From: Paraspadella gotoi
Lineage: Eukaryota > Animalia > Chaetognatha
Assembly (NCBI GenBank): GCA_051294375.1
Contig: CM119270.1
Span: forward strand, 19,347,572 to 19,411,571
Direction: 5' to 3'
Length of the DNA stretch: 64,000 nt
In this document: positions 53,711 through 64,000 of the stretch, one piece after another
Numbering within the stretch: position 1 is the first letter of the stretch
How the letters are laid out: each line of letters starts with the position of its first letter
The notes under the pieces: model-generated
Databases searched by the model: none
The model's input: only the letters and a program-made list of their open reading frames with translations
Told to the model about the DNA's origin: nothing
Made by a program: the position numbers and the translations under genes

Positions 53711-54364
53711 TTTGTAAGTTTATTCGTTAATGCTCCTGACTTATTTGTTTCTATTCTTTCCGTTGGGATTGCTTATAGGCCCAGAATATAATGTTTATTT
53801 TTTTTGTTCGAAAATATTGGAAAAAAATAATATTTTCACTTTCTTGGACTTATAATTTAAAAAAAATATATTTCCCACCTTCAATTATACACTTTACTGC
53901 ATTTTCATATTTCTTTTCAAGAATATTAGTTTTTTTTTTCAACAAATTTGTCACCTTTTTTTTTTCATCTGACAATTTCTGCGACTTTTAAAATCGAAAA
54001 AGCGTGAAATTGAAAAACATTTTTTTTACACCTCCCTCACAATTTATGGTTTTCTTTTTATGTAAATTTCTAAAAAATTGTCAAATCATTTTGGCCGAAG
54101 TCAAAAGCAGTTTTATCAGGCACAGTCGCAACCCAAAAGAAAAGAAAAAAAACAACAAAAAACAAAAGCAAAAACAATAGATAAAACAAAACAACGTTTC
54201 TCATTCGCCAAAAAAGTCCCAACAATCCTTTCTTTAAACAGGATTTCCTCGCACTGATAGACAGACCGACTAGAAAAGACCAGGCAACTCCTCCCAGCGA
54301 ATCTGGTTACGAAGATCGTATAATTCAGTATCCTTCATTTCCCCGCGATGAAGAATTTTTACTT

Positions 54365-54497
54365 TTGTCTCTTGTCTGTCGGTCGGTCTGTCAGTTTGGC
54401 AATCTCCTGTCGGTCGGTCTGTCTGCCTGGCAGCCAGTCTGTCATTTTGGCGGTCTCTTGTCGGTCAGTCTGTCTGCCTGGCGGTCGGTCTGTCAGC
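54365..54497. repeat. Degenerate (GTCG/GTCT) minisatellite
   Basis: Repeated TGTCGGTCGGTCTGTC units. Confidence 0.6.
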
Positions 54498-54939
54498 TTT
54501 GCTATATAATCCAAAAAAAAAACAATGAGAAAAAAAGAAACGTTATGTTTTTAATAAATAGCCAACACCACATTAAATAAACAATTACATTCACTTAAGC
54601 AATGTGTACGTAAGTTGTTCCTAGTTTTCTCCATTTTCAGTAGAAGGCCCCTATCAGTATCTCTCTAAATTTTGCCGTAAAGATGTCCTATTTAATTTTT
54701 GCGCCAACTCACCTTTCAAATCCAAGCTTCCTTATCTTTCACCGCCAAGCTAAGCTTTCTATCTTTTGCAAGCTTTCTAATCACATCCATGTTCTCCTAT
54801 CTTTCTCCGCCTTCTCTTTCTTCTCCTGTCAGTCACGGATCGTAATTCAGGTGAATTCCTTCTCTCCTACTTCCGCGATTTCGTCGCTCAGAGTCTCTCT
54901 CCTCCTCTTCTCCTCTCTCCCTCTCTCTCTCTCTCTCTT

Positions 54940-55006
<67 letters not shown>

Positions 55007-56306
55007 CTCTCTCTCCATCATCTCTCTCAATGTTTCGATTCACTCTTGCATGTATTTTCACTGATATAATTATTCACATTTTAAGATCTTAGCAGTTGGA
55101 ATCATTGTCATTAACATGATTTCATCGTTCAAAATAATTTGTGCTTTTTCCCCCCATTTCCTTGGAATGAACGAAAATGGTTTTACTCCCGTCACCATAA
55201 ACGTACTTGCGTAAGAATGCTGGTTCAGTTAGAAATTTATTTAGTATATATTATATATTTTATACCAATTCAAAAAATTTCTCATTTCTTTTTATTCCTC
55301 TCGTCAAATTACTACTCGTCAATATTTTTATCATTTCATCAATTCACACTCCCTTTTCACTCGCTCTTTCACTACCCCCCCCTCTCGCATTCACTCGTTC
55401 CCCGCCGTAAATCGTCTCGACGATATTCACGAGTGCGTGAAGATTAAGGTGAAGAGACTCACGAACGCAGGCGCCCTCACTCATTCACGGCGAGTGTGAT
55501 ATCTGAGTTCGAACTCATTTGTTTCCCTTTTGTTTCTGTTTCTTCGTCAGGAAAGAAAATGTGGATCATAAATTGAGGGAGAAGAAAATGCGGAGTTGAA
55601 TATCGGAAAGGCGCATCGATGCATTCAGGAAGGAAAAGAAAAGGAAGAAAAGGAAAAGGAAAAAAAAAGAAAAAGGAAAAGAAAAAGAAAAGGAAAGAAA
55701 AAGAGAAGAAAAGGGAAGAAAAAGGAAGGAAAAAGGTAAGAAAAGGGGAGGAAAAGGGAAGAAAAGAGAGGACACAGGGAGGAAAAAAGGAAAGAAAAAG
55801 GGAAGAAAAGAGGAAGAAAAAGGAAAAAGTGAATAAAAAGGTATCGCGATCCGCGAGAATAGTTGAACAAACAAGGAAAGAAAACGATTGTGAGATGAGC
55901 CGGAGTGTGAGGGAAAAATGGGGAATGAACATTTGAACAGTTTGGCGTCAGGGGTGAATGGAGTATAAAGTTAAATTTGAAATGTTACTCGGGCGGACAA
56001 GGAAATGGTTTTTATAGCTGGAGTTTTTCGCAAGAAGCTTTAAGTCGTTAACTGTTGTCGTCGTCGTCGGAGGCCAAGAACAGAGAAGTTGAGAGGCGTA
56101 AGTTTTGCGTCAGGCAGCGCCGCTGCCGCCGCCGCCGCCGCCCCCGCCGCCGCCGCCGCCGAGGGTTCTTTAACTGAATTAATTACCATGCTTACATCAT
56201 TTACATGAAATTCTTAGCAAATAATCTATGTAGTCAACCGTACGTACATTTATAGAAGAAAATATCTTAAAGATTTTATTCTTGAAAGAGAGAGAGAGAG
56301 ACGAGA

Positions 56307-56364
<58 letters not shown>

Positions 56365-57062
56365 GAGAGAGACGGCGCGTCTGCTTTTGTCTCGATATTG
56401 CCACCAATCCTCTTAAAAATTTCCGACGCTCGACTTAATTCTGTTTATATTCCTGCCCGAGTCAGATTTTCTCTCTTATCAGTGACTCTCTCGAATCCCA
56501 GCACGATTTTGAGAGTGAGACATTTTGAGAGCGAGTCACCAACAGCTGACGTTCGAGAAAAATCTAGTGTTTGAAATTTGAATTTCAAGTTGGTAGTTTT
56601 TAACGGACGTCAAGTGATTTAATCAGATATGTAAATATTTTGATTTGAAAATGTAGTTCCTGTTAACTTTCTAGAAATTTGTCTATTATTTTTTCTCTCG
56701 CGACTAAATATTACAAGTATTAAAACTTTTTTCACACCGTATTCGAATCGTAAACGTAATCGCAGCAAAATGTATTATTCCAAAAACACATAATAAGCTT
56801 AATGACCGAATGAAAACAAGGAAATTAATGAGATACAAATTNNNNNNNNNNTAATAAGCTTAATGACCGAACGAAAACAAGAAAATTAATGAGATACAAA
56901 TTAGGATAAAATATAATAAATGTAATAACGTTAACATGTAAACAAAAAGCCCATCGTTTCAATTTTCTCTCGTCGTCTTTCTCCGAACGAAAGCCTCCAC
57001 CGCTCCAGTGGAGACCGAATGCAGCGGATGCTCCAAGCACCCCCAACGCCTCTTCAAAAAAA

Positions 57063-57358
57063 CTACTCGTCGAAGAAAGCCTCCGCCTTGACCGACTCCG
57101 CCACCTCCGCCGCCTTCGGCCTCCCCTCCGCCTCCGCCCGCATCATCCTCTTCACCAACTCCCTCGTCGACGCCGGAGTCTCGGTGACGAAGGCCGACTG
57201 CAGCACCGGCTCCAGCCCCTCGTCCGCCTTCAGCAGCAGCCCCGCGGGGAGGCACTGCTGCGGCGGCATGGGGATGCGCTTCCACACGTCAGAGCGAGGG
57301 CCTTTGAGGTGGGCGCCGGGAAAAAGGCCTTGACCGCAGGCGCCGCAGGAGTTCGTTT
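57063..57358 (-). CDS. Pseudokinase gene, exon 8 (subdomains X-XI, stop)
   Basis: Acceptor ATCTCCAG|AA. Encodes ...RELVKRMMRAEAEGRPKAAEVAESVKAEAFFDE*, including the subdomain XI Arg. Confidence 0.88.
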
Positions 57359-57489
57359 CTGGAGATGGAAGACGTGACGGGTTTATTGATTGATTTGATT
57401 GTTTGATTGATTTTAGAAATACATAAATGATTGATTGATACATTCATTCGATCATTTAAGTACTGAGAGAAAAAGACAGACAGACACAC

Positions 57490-57582
<93 letters not shown>

Positions 57583-57585
57583 CAC

Positions 57586-57748
57586 CCAACAGAGTCATGA
57601 AGAGGATGGCGAGAGAGAAGACGTCGTTCGCCGGTAGATGTCTCGGGCGACTCGACGACAGAATTTCCGGCGCAGAGAAGAACATGAGATCCCGCCGTCG
57701 CTCCTTTCGCTCCACGATGTACTTGAGGATGTTGACGACAGAGTCCGG
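57586..57748 (-). CDS. Pseudokinase gene, exon 7 (subdomains VIII-IX)
   Basis: Encodes PDSVVNILKY...FFSAPEIL...ANDVFSLAILFMTLL. Acceptor TTCTTAG|, donor G|GTGGGT, phase 0-1. Confidence 0.88.
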
Positions 57749-58163
57749 CTAAGAATGGAATCCGGAGATTGATTGGTTGATTAATTGATTGTTTGATTGA
57801 TTCCTGCCTTCTTTTACTAATGTTATTTCTATTTAATTGTAATCCTGATTCAATCGTTCATATATTCATAGATTCATTCAATCATTAATTGATTCATTCA
57901 TTCATTATTTCCTTATTTCATTCATTATTTCATGATTGGATTCATTCATTATTTCATTCATTCATTTATTCATTCTGCATTCTTTCATTTATACATTCTG
58001 AATCCATATTGATCATAGACTTATTGATTCATTCAATTATTAATTCAATCATTGATTTATTCATTAGTTATTTCTTTATTTTATTAATGTTTTTAATTTT
58101 TAATTCATTCATCCATTCATTCCATCCATTCATTCATTCCATGCCTTCCATCACCCTTCTCAC

Positions 58164-58394
58164 CTCGTCCCCAACTCTCACGGCCAAAGAGAATCCCCCG
58201 ATCTTCAGCGCCAAAGGTTTCTGCTTCAGACAAACGCTCATGTTGTCCGGCGTCAGCGCTCGATGGACGACGCCGCCCGCGTGGAGAAAAGCGACGCCGT
58301 CCGCCGCCTGACGCAAGATGGCGCCGATTTTCGCGGAGGAAACGGCGCCGTAAGCGGACTTTTGACCGCGGACGAAATCGAGAAGAGTGATGCG
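58164..58394 (-). CDS. Pseudokinase gene, exon 6 (subdomains VIa-VII)
   Basis: Encodes RITLLDFV...QAADGVAFLHAGGVVHRALTPDNMSV...LKIGGFSLAVRVGDE. Acceptor ATTCAG|, donor GAG|GTGAGA. Confidence 0.92.
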
Positions 58395-58659
58395 CTGAAT
58401 TAGGAAGATGGAGGGACCGATGATTGATTGATTGATTGATTGTTTGTTTAACAAAAAGATTGGGGAATGATTGATTGACTGAATGATCGATAGATAGAAT
58501 GATTGATTGACGGAATTACAGAATTGCCTCATAAAAAAAGTTTAAATAAATAAAATGCTGATTTAACTGAATGATTGAGCCATTGATTAAGTCATTCATT
58601 GATTGCTTAAATGATTGATCGGCTTGATCATTGATTGATTATTTGATTGATTCTATTAC

Positions 58660-58797
58660 CTGTTCGAAGTCGTCAAATACCGCGAACCATCTTCCCGAGT
58701 TGAGGACAGAGTCGACGGCGTGGTGGAAGGAAGGATGTCCGGACGCCAGACGGAGAAGTTCGTACTCTTTCAGGTCGGGTCGGGTTTCGGGAGATGA
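58660..58797 (-). CDS. Pseudokinase gene, exon 5 (subdomains III-V)
   Basis: Encodes SSPETRPDLKEYELLRLASGHPSFHHAVDSVLNSGRWFAVFDDFEQ. Acceptor CGTCAG|, donor CAG|GTAATA. Confidence 0.88.
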
Positions 58798-59130
58798 CTG
58801 ACGAGAAAAGGGGTTGAATTTAATTTGTATATATATGTGAACATGGTACAACTAAAATATGACTTATCAATTCATTCAATAAATAAGCTCCTTTGCTTCC
58901 TACTTGATGTAAGGCATCAATCCTTCTTGCAAGACACAGCAAGCTTTCACTCTTTTACCCTCTAAATTCAGTTTAAAGTATTATAATATTCTTGGATATA
59001 AGGATAACTTTCTTAAGTATTAGATCACTAAACATTTCTGCATAATAATTAATAAGAACAAGTCTTTGCGAGATAACTTTGGACGCAAAACTTCAACTGT
59101 CTTGACCTCCACCGATTGGAAAACCCTCAC

Positions 59131-59318
59131 CAAGCACGCCTGGGCGATCTCCTTCAACACGACCGTCTTCCTTGGCGCGCTGCCCACGACGTATCCCTTA
59201 AAGAGTTTGGCGGAATTGAACATCGGGAAGGCTTTGGCGTAGTCGGGTTTCGAGGCGGCGGGGCGAGGGGAAGGGGGCGGGAGGTCGCTTCGATCAGAGC
59301 CTGAGATGGAGTGGACAC
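59131..59318 (-). CDS. Pseudokinase gene, exon 4 (kinase subdomains I-II)
   Basis: Acceptor CGCTCAG| (in-frame alternative at 59300). Encodes ...AKLFKGYVVGSAPRKTVVLKEIAQACL. Donor TTG|GTGAGG, phase 1-0. Confidence 0.8.
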
Positions 59319-59758
59319 CTGAGCGGATGGAGAGAGAGACGCTCACAGACAGAGACAGAGATAGAAAGATAGAGACAGAGAAGAATATAGAAAAAGATTT
59401 TTGTATTGCTATTTGCTACAATACAAAAAAATACAATTACATTCTTAATTATTTAATGAATATTTTATTATTTTTAACAGAAAGCTTTAAATTTTTTAGG
59501 GCCTCGCCTTAATCTTAATTGGGTAATTATTTTTTTTTTCTCCACTAAATGTAATCGGATTTTTTTTTTATCGATCTTATTTCGAGTGGTTAAAGTACAG
59601 CACAGAAAACGCGTTTTACAACTTTGGCAAATAATTTGTCAAGAACCGGCTGATCAAAAAATGAAGGGAAACAGCATACAGTTAAATTGACGCTGGCCGA
59701 CATTGACCGTTTTATCCTTATCCTAAATTAAATTAAACTGAATTCCCTCTCGACTCAC

Positions 59759-61493
59759 CAGAATCTCTTCTGTAGTCCTTTTCATTTGTCTGACCGGCGC
59801 GGAGAGACGCGAACGGCGTTGAGTCGTTGCTAGGCAACGCGGCGTCGCTGGGCGATGCGGCGTTGTTAGGCGACGCAGCGTTGCTGGGCAAGGCGTTGTT
59901 GCTTGATGACGCGGCATTGCTGGGCGATGTGACGCTACTCGGTGATGCAACTTTGCTTAACGCCGCAGCATTGCTGCGTAAGGCATTGTGGCTAGGCGAC
60001 TCGACGTTGCTAGGAGATCCGTTTTTGCTAGCCGATGATAAGATGCTTGATGACGCGACTTTGCTCGGTAAAGCATCGTTGCTAGGCGATGTGGCGTTGT
60101 GGATAGGTTCCGCGGCTTTGCTACGCGATGCGGCGTTGCTAGGTGAGGCATAGTTGCTCAGCGATGGGCCATTGGTTGCCAAGTTAGTTTTACTATGCAA
60201 CATAACTTTACTAGATGACGTGACTTTGCTAGGAGACACGCTGTTACTAGTTGATGCCGAATTGATTGATGGAATGGCATTGCTAGGATGCATTGCACTG
60301 TCTGGCGATTCGGAACCGCTAGGTGATGATGCTTTGCTTGGTAAAGCATCATTGATTGATGGCGCGACATCGCTTGGTGTTGCAGCATTGGTAGGTGAAT
60401 CGGCGTTGTTTGGTGATGTAGAGTTACTGGATGACGCAGAATTCCCTGGAGATGCTGCAATAATCTGTTTTGTAGCGTTGCTAGGTGGTAGATGGTTGCT
60501 CGGTACAGTGATATTTCGTGATGGAACTAAACTTCTGGGCAACGCAGTCTCACTTGGCAAATTGTTTTTGCTGTTCGATTCCGGGTTGACAGAGGTTAGA
60601 TCGCTGCTTGGTGATGAAACATTAGTCAAGGCAGTATTGTTTGGTGATACAGGGTTTATAGATGATGGGGAACTGCTTGGTGATAAAACCTTGCAAGGCA
60701 ACAGAGTATCACTATGCTGGGTGGTGTTGCTCGGTGATGCGGGGTTGACAGATGATGGGGAAATGCTCGTTGATGCAGATTTGTCAGGTGACCCATTACT
60801 ATTAGATAAAGTGGAGTTAACAGGGACTTCTGGGTCAATAGATGTTGGCACATGGCTTGGGGATGATGAAGGACTGACAGATGATTCTGCAATACTTGGT
60901 GATTCAGCTTTGCTTTGAAAGGCTTCAATTCTGGGCGATACATCCATGCTTGGTAACATGGAACTGTCAGATAAAGAATAATTACTTTTCAATGGTGCAT
61001 TGCTTGGTGACAATGCATCAGTGGATGATGCAGTATCACTTGATGATAAAATAATTTGAGGAGATACGTCATTGCTAGGAGATGCAGCGTTGTATGGTGT
61101 CGAGACTTTGCTAGATGGCGTTGAATCACGAGGCGACGAAGCTCTGGCATTATCAAGAGACCCAGGAAGTGGAAGAGTTGCCGGATTTTCTAGCGACTGT
61201 CTTCGAATCTCCTTATATTTGTGGTAAGGGGACGATATTGGCCCAGCAATCGCCGCATAAGAGTTTTTCTTCGAGTATGACGGAAACATAGGAGAATTGG
61301 GATTCCATATCGGTTGATGATGAAGTTCCTTTTGCTTCGCTGTTGATATCGACAGAGCCGATCTCCATTGCGAGACATTTCCAATTGATTGATGGTATTG
61401 ATGAGAACTGAGATTTAACATTGATTGGTGCTGACTTTGTTTCAATTTAGCAGGAGGAGAAAAGAGTGACTCAGATATTCCTAGGGACCGGCG
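59759..61493 (-). CDS. Pseudokinase gene, exon 3 (SPSNAA-like repeat region)
   Basis: Acceptor TTCCACAG|. Open for 578 codons. Donor G|GTGAGT, phase 0-1. Confidence 0.82.
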
Positions 61494-61608
61494 CTGTGGA
61501 AATAGGGGATAAAACGTATCTTTAATGATGTATGACACTCAGTCATTACAAACTATTTAGGTTTTATAAACAAGTACCAAGTTTCATTTTCCCATGGTGT
61601 GTTGTTAC

Positions 61609-61858
61609 CTGATTTAGCTTTGCTGGAGGAGACATGAGATCTGCCAGTGACCGGCGGTAAGCCTCTTTGGTGATTGTCCCTTCAGTTGTCTGCTTCGTTC
61701 TGTAAGGATCCAACTTGTCCCAGACACCAGACGAGGCTGTCAGCGCGACTGGCCTTGGCGATGGCGCCGCAACAAACCTCCTCATGCGGACGTTGGAACC
61801 CGAAGATGTCCGATCTCGTTCGGACGTCTCGCCAAATTCTTTTAGTGAAAGGTCTGAT
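61609..61858 (-). CDS. Pseudokinase gene, exon 2
   Basis: Acceptor CATTTCAG|A. Encodes (R)SDLSLKEF...RRSLADLMSPPAKLNQ. Donor CAG|GTAACA, phase 2-0. Confidence 0.8.
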
Positions 61859-62004
61859 CTGAAATGAGAATAGTCAGGGTATGCGATAGTTTTTAAATCA
61901 GTGATTGTACAGCATGACAAAACAATTTTCCATTTCTTTCCTTCTTATTTTACAAATGCTGGCAAATTTTTATAAAACAGATTTACAAATATAACAAAAC
62001 TAAC

Positions 62005-63695
62005 CTAGAATTTCCTGCTTGAGATGACATTCCCTGATATATTGCTTTCGGGCTCGCTCGCTCCTTTAGCGGTGACAACTTTTGATAGCGATGTACATAG
62101 TAGTCCTGAGAAAAAGGGGATTCATTGGGTTGACTTCCTCTATAAGCCGGTTCCAAAGCTGATCTATTATTGGCTGTGTGGATGGGCCGAATGTCGTAAT
62201 TCCTAACGTTTATATTTTCTTCCTTCATTTTGGATTTTCCCACTGTTGGTCTCACCGCCGGCACAACAAGAACTCCTTCCCTAGTATTTTTCCGTTCACC
62301 CAATTTTTCTTTGGTTTCCTCATTTTCTTCAAGGTTATTTACTTTTTCTCTGGCAACAGGTTTTAAATTATAGTCTTTTTCATTGACTCTACTTTCCATC
62401 GGTTCATTTTTCTCCGACTTGGGATCAACCTGCTGAGCACTGTCGACCGGTTTCTCGACACTAAAATCTTTCTTTTGTTCAAATTTTTGAGTTTCGTTTA
62501 TTTCGGTTATTCCAGGTTTTTTAATCGTTGTCTCTAATTCATTATCATTCTTAACATTCTGCAAGTTTGTTTCTATTTCATTTGTCTTTTCATTTCCTTT
62601 TCCCGGTTTTACTTCCTCCCCTTTATCAGATCTGAATTCAAAGGGAGGCGGTTTTTCAATTTTGACAAGTTTAGCGATTTTATTTGGGGATTTTACTTCG
62701 TTGTTGCTTCGCTCTTGAATGTCTCCAAGTTTTGACGCGCCGCGCTTCGTTGGACTCTCAATCAGAGATTTCGGTCTGGGAGAGCTGCCTATTTTATGGA
62801 TGAGGTTTTTCATGAAAGCTTTTGCAGAGTCACGATGTTCTTTCGTCTTTTTGTCTTTCGAATTCTTGACGTGTGGAACGTCCTTGACATCTTTAACATT
62901 CTCAACGCCTTTAACATCGTTACAATTAATACCATCATTCTCGGATATTGCGACCGGGCTTTTATTCTCTTTAAATATTTCCAAGCTACTGTGGTTTTTC
63001 TGAAAATCAACAACATCGCTCTTCTCAGTTTCATCCACAGCTAAAGTTCGATTCTCTTTATCATCAATAACACTTTTATCCATTTGTCCGTCCGTCCGTC
63101 GATCGGCGCTCATCTCCGAGATCGAGGGGAGGCCGACCTCATCCGCGATCGTCTCCATCGTCGCGACTCTGTCTCGCGACACCGAGCGCTTGTACGAAGC
63201 TAATTTCACGATCCTCAAGTTTGAACCGGAAGTGATCGTCGCGGTTTTCGACGACGACGAAGACGACGACGAACCCGACGCCGCAGTCGACGACCACGAA
63301 GAATAAGTCACGGTGACGCCGCTCGCGTTTGAGGTAAAGGTGGCGCTTTCGGAGGATGAATTGGGTGAGTCGGCAGCAGCTGCTGTAGACGCTGTAGCAG
63401 TAGCGACAGAGCTGGTCGATTCCTGAGTGAAGACCTCGTCCATCGCCTTCCCATTCTCTACTACTCGTTCTCCCACAACTCCATTCCGTTCTCCTCCAAC
63501 TCCAATCCGTTCTTCCTTCTCCGCGACCAACTTCCCCGAAGGATCCGACTTCCTGCTCGACATTCTCTGTGACAATCGTCTCGTCAAAGGCTTCAACTCG
63601 GCGGCGGCGTCCTTGGGGTCGTCGATCGCTTTGAAGCGAATCTTGCGGACGCAAGTGTGAAGATCGACAAGAACGCGTTTGGAGGTGGGGCGCAT
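62005..63695 (-). CDS. Large Ser/Pro-rich pseudokinase, exon 1 of 8 (gene = join 63695-62005, 61858-61609, 61493-59759, 59318-59131, 58797-58660, 58394-58164, 57748-57586, 57358-57063; 4692 nt, ~1563 aa)
   Basis: 563-codon open frame from ATG 63695 (an upstream exon is possible). Donor AG|GTTAGT, phase 2. Ser-rich then Lys/Glu-rich disordered sequence. Confidence 0.8.
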
Positions 63696-64000
63696 TAAAG
63701 GGCTCTGATTGGTTGGGAGTTGAGGGCGGGAAGGAAGGGGATTGGGTTTGGAAATTGGAGTTTGGATAATGAAATTGTATTTATCAGTAAGTGTCTGCTA
63801 AAGATAATTACTACTTAATTTAAAGATTAAACCAATTTAAAGTTATTTTGCTTTTAGTTATTTGTTTTCTCATATATTATTTAAAGTAGTGATTAACTCT
63901 GCTTCATTTAGTTTTGTATTATCTTAATATTTTAACTTTTTAACCGAATCACTAAATAAATAAATAAACACTAGATAATTATAAGGCTTCATTCAAAACC

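Noticed and set aside
56791-56902. ~50-bp direct repeat around a 10-N gap
   Set aside because: This looks like overlapping contig ends or alleles, i.e. a scaffolding artefact.
58100-58400. Assignment to TBCK because of the HRAL motif
   Set aside because: The kinase domain is C-terminal and no TBC or rhodanese domains follow. One motif is insufficient.
59827-60918. Long plus-strand ORFs with LLGDAA repeats
   Set aside because: This is the antisense shadow of the SPSNAA repeat exon. It is interrupted by a stop and has no splice context.

Overview
This is eukaryotic, probably invertebrate metazoan, draft-assembly DNA saturated with (AG)n, (TCAA)n, (GAC)n and (TTCC)n microsatellites, so almost all ORFs in the supplied track are artefacts. 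Two complete spliced genes can be built with GT-AG junctions and consistent phases, both on the minus strand. The first is a 5-exon, 227-aa calmodulin-like protein (5813->2132) with a Pro/Gln N-extension, a degenerate second EF-hand and a Gly/Lys tail. The second is an 8-exon, ~1563-aa protein (63695->57063) with a very long Ser/Pro-rich repeat region and a C-terminal pseudokinase domain (HRD->HRA, DFG->GFS). Two large phase-compatible plus-strand exons (16782-17622 and 44749-45759) may belong to one orphan secreted or membrane protein gene with a ~27-kb intron. That interval holds a candidate recursive splice site, an array of 5' splice-site consensus motifs and a minimal type I hammerhead ribozyme inside a perfect 77-bp inverted repeat (Penelope-like signature). 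Also present are two tRNA-derived SINEs, Helentron-like non-autonomous elements, a dispersed ~200-bp repeat family, and large tandem duplications next to 25-N gaps that look like gap-filling artefacts.
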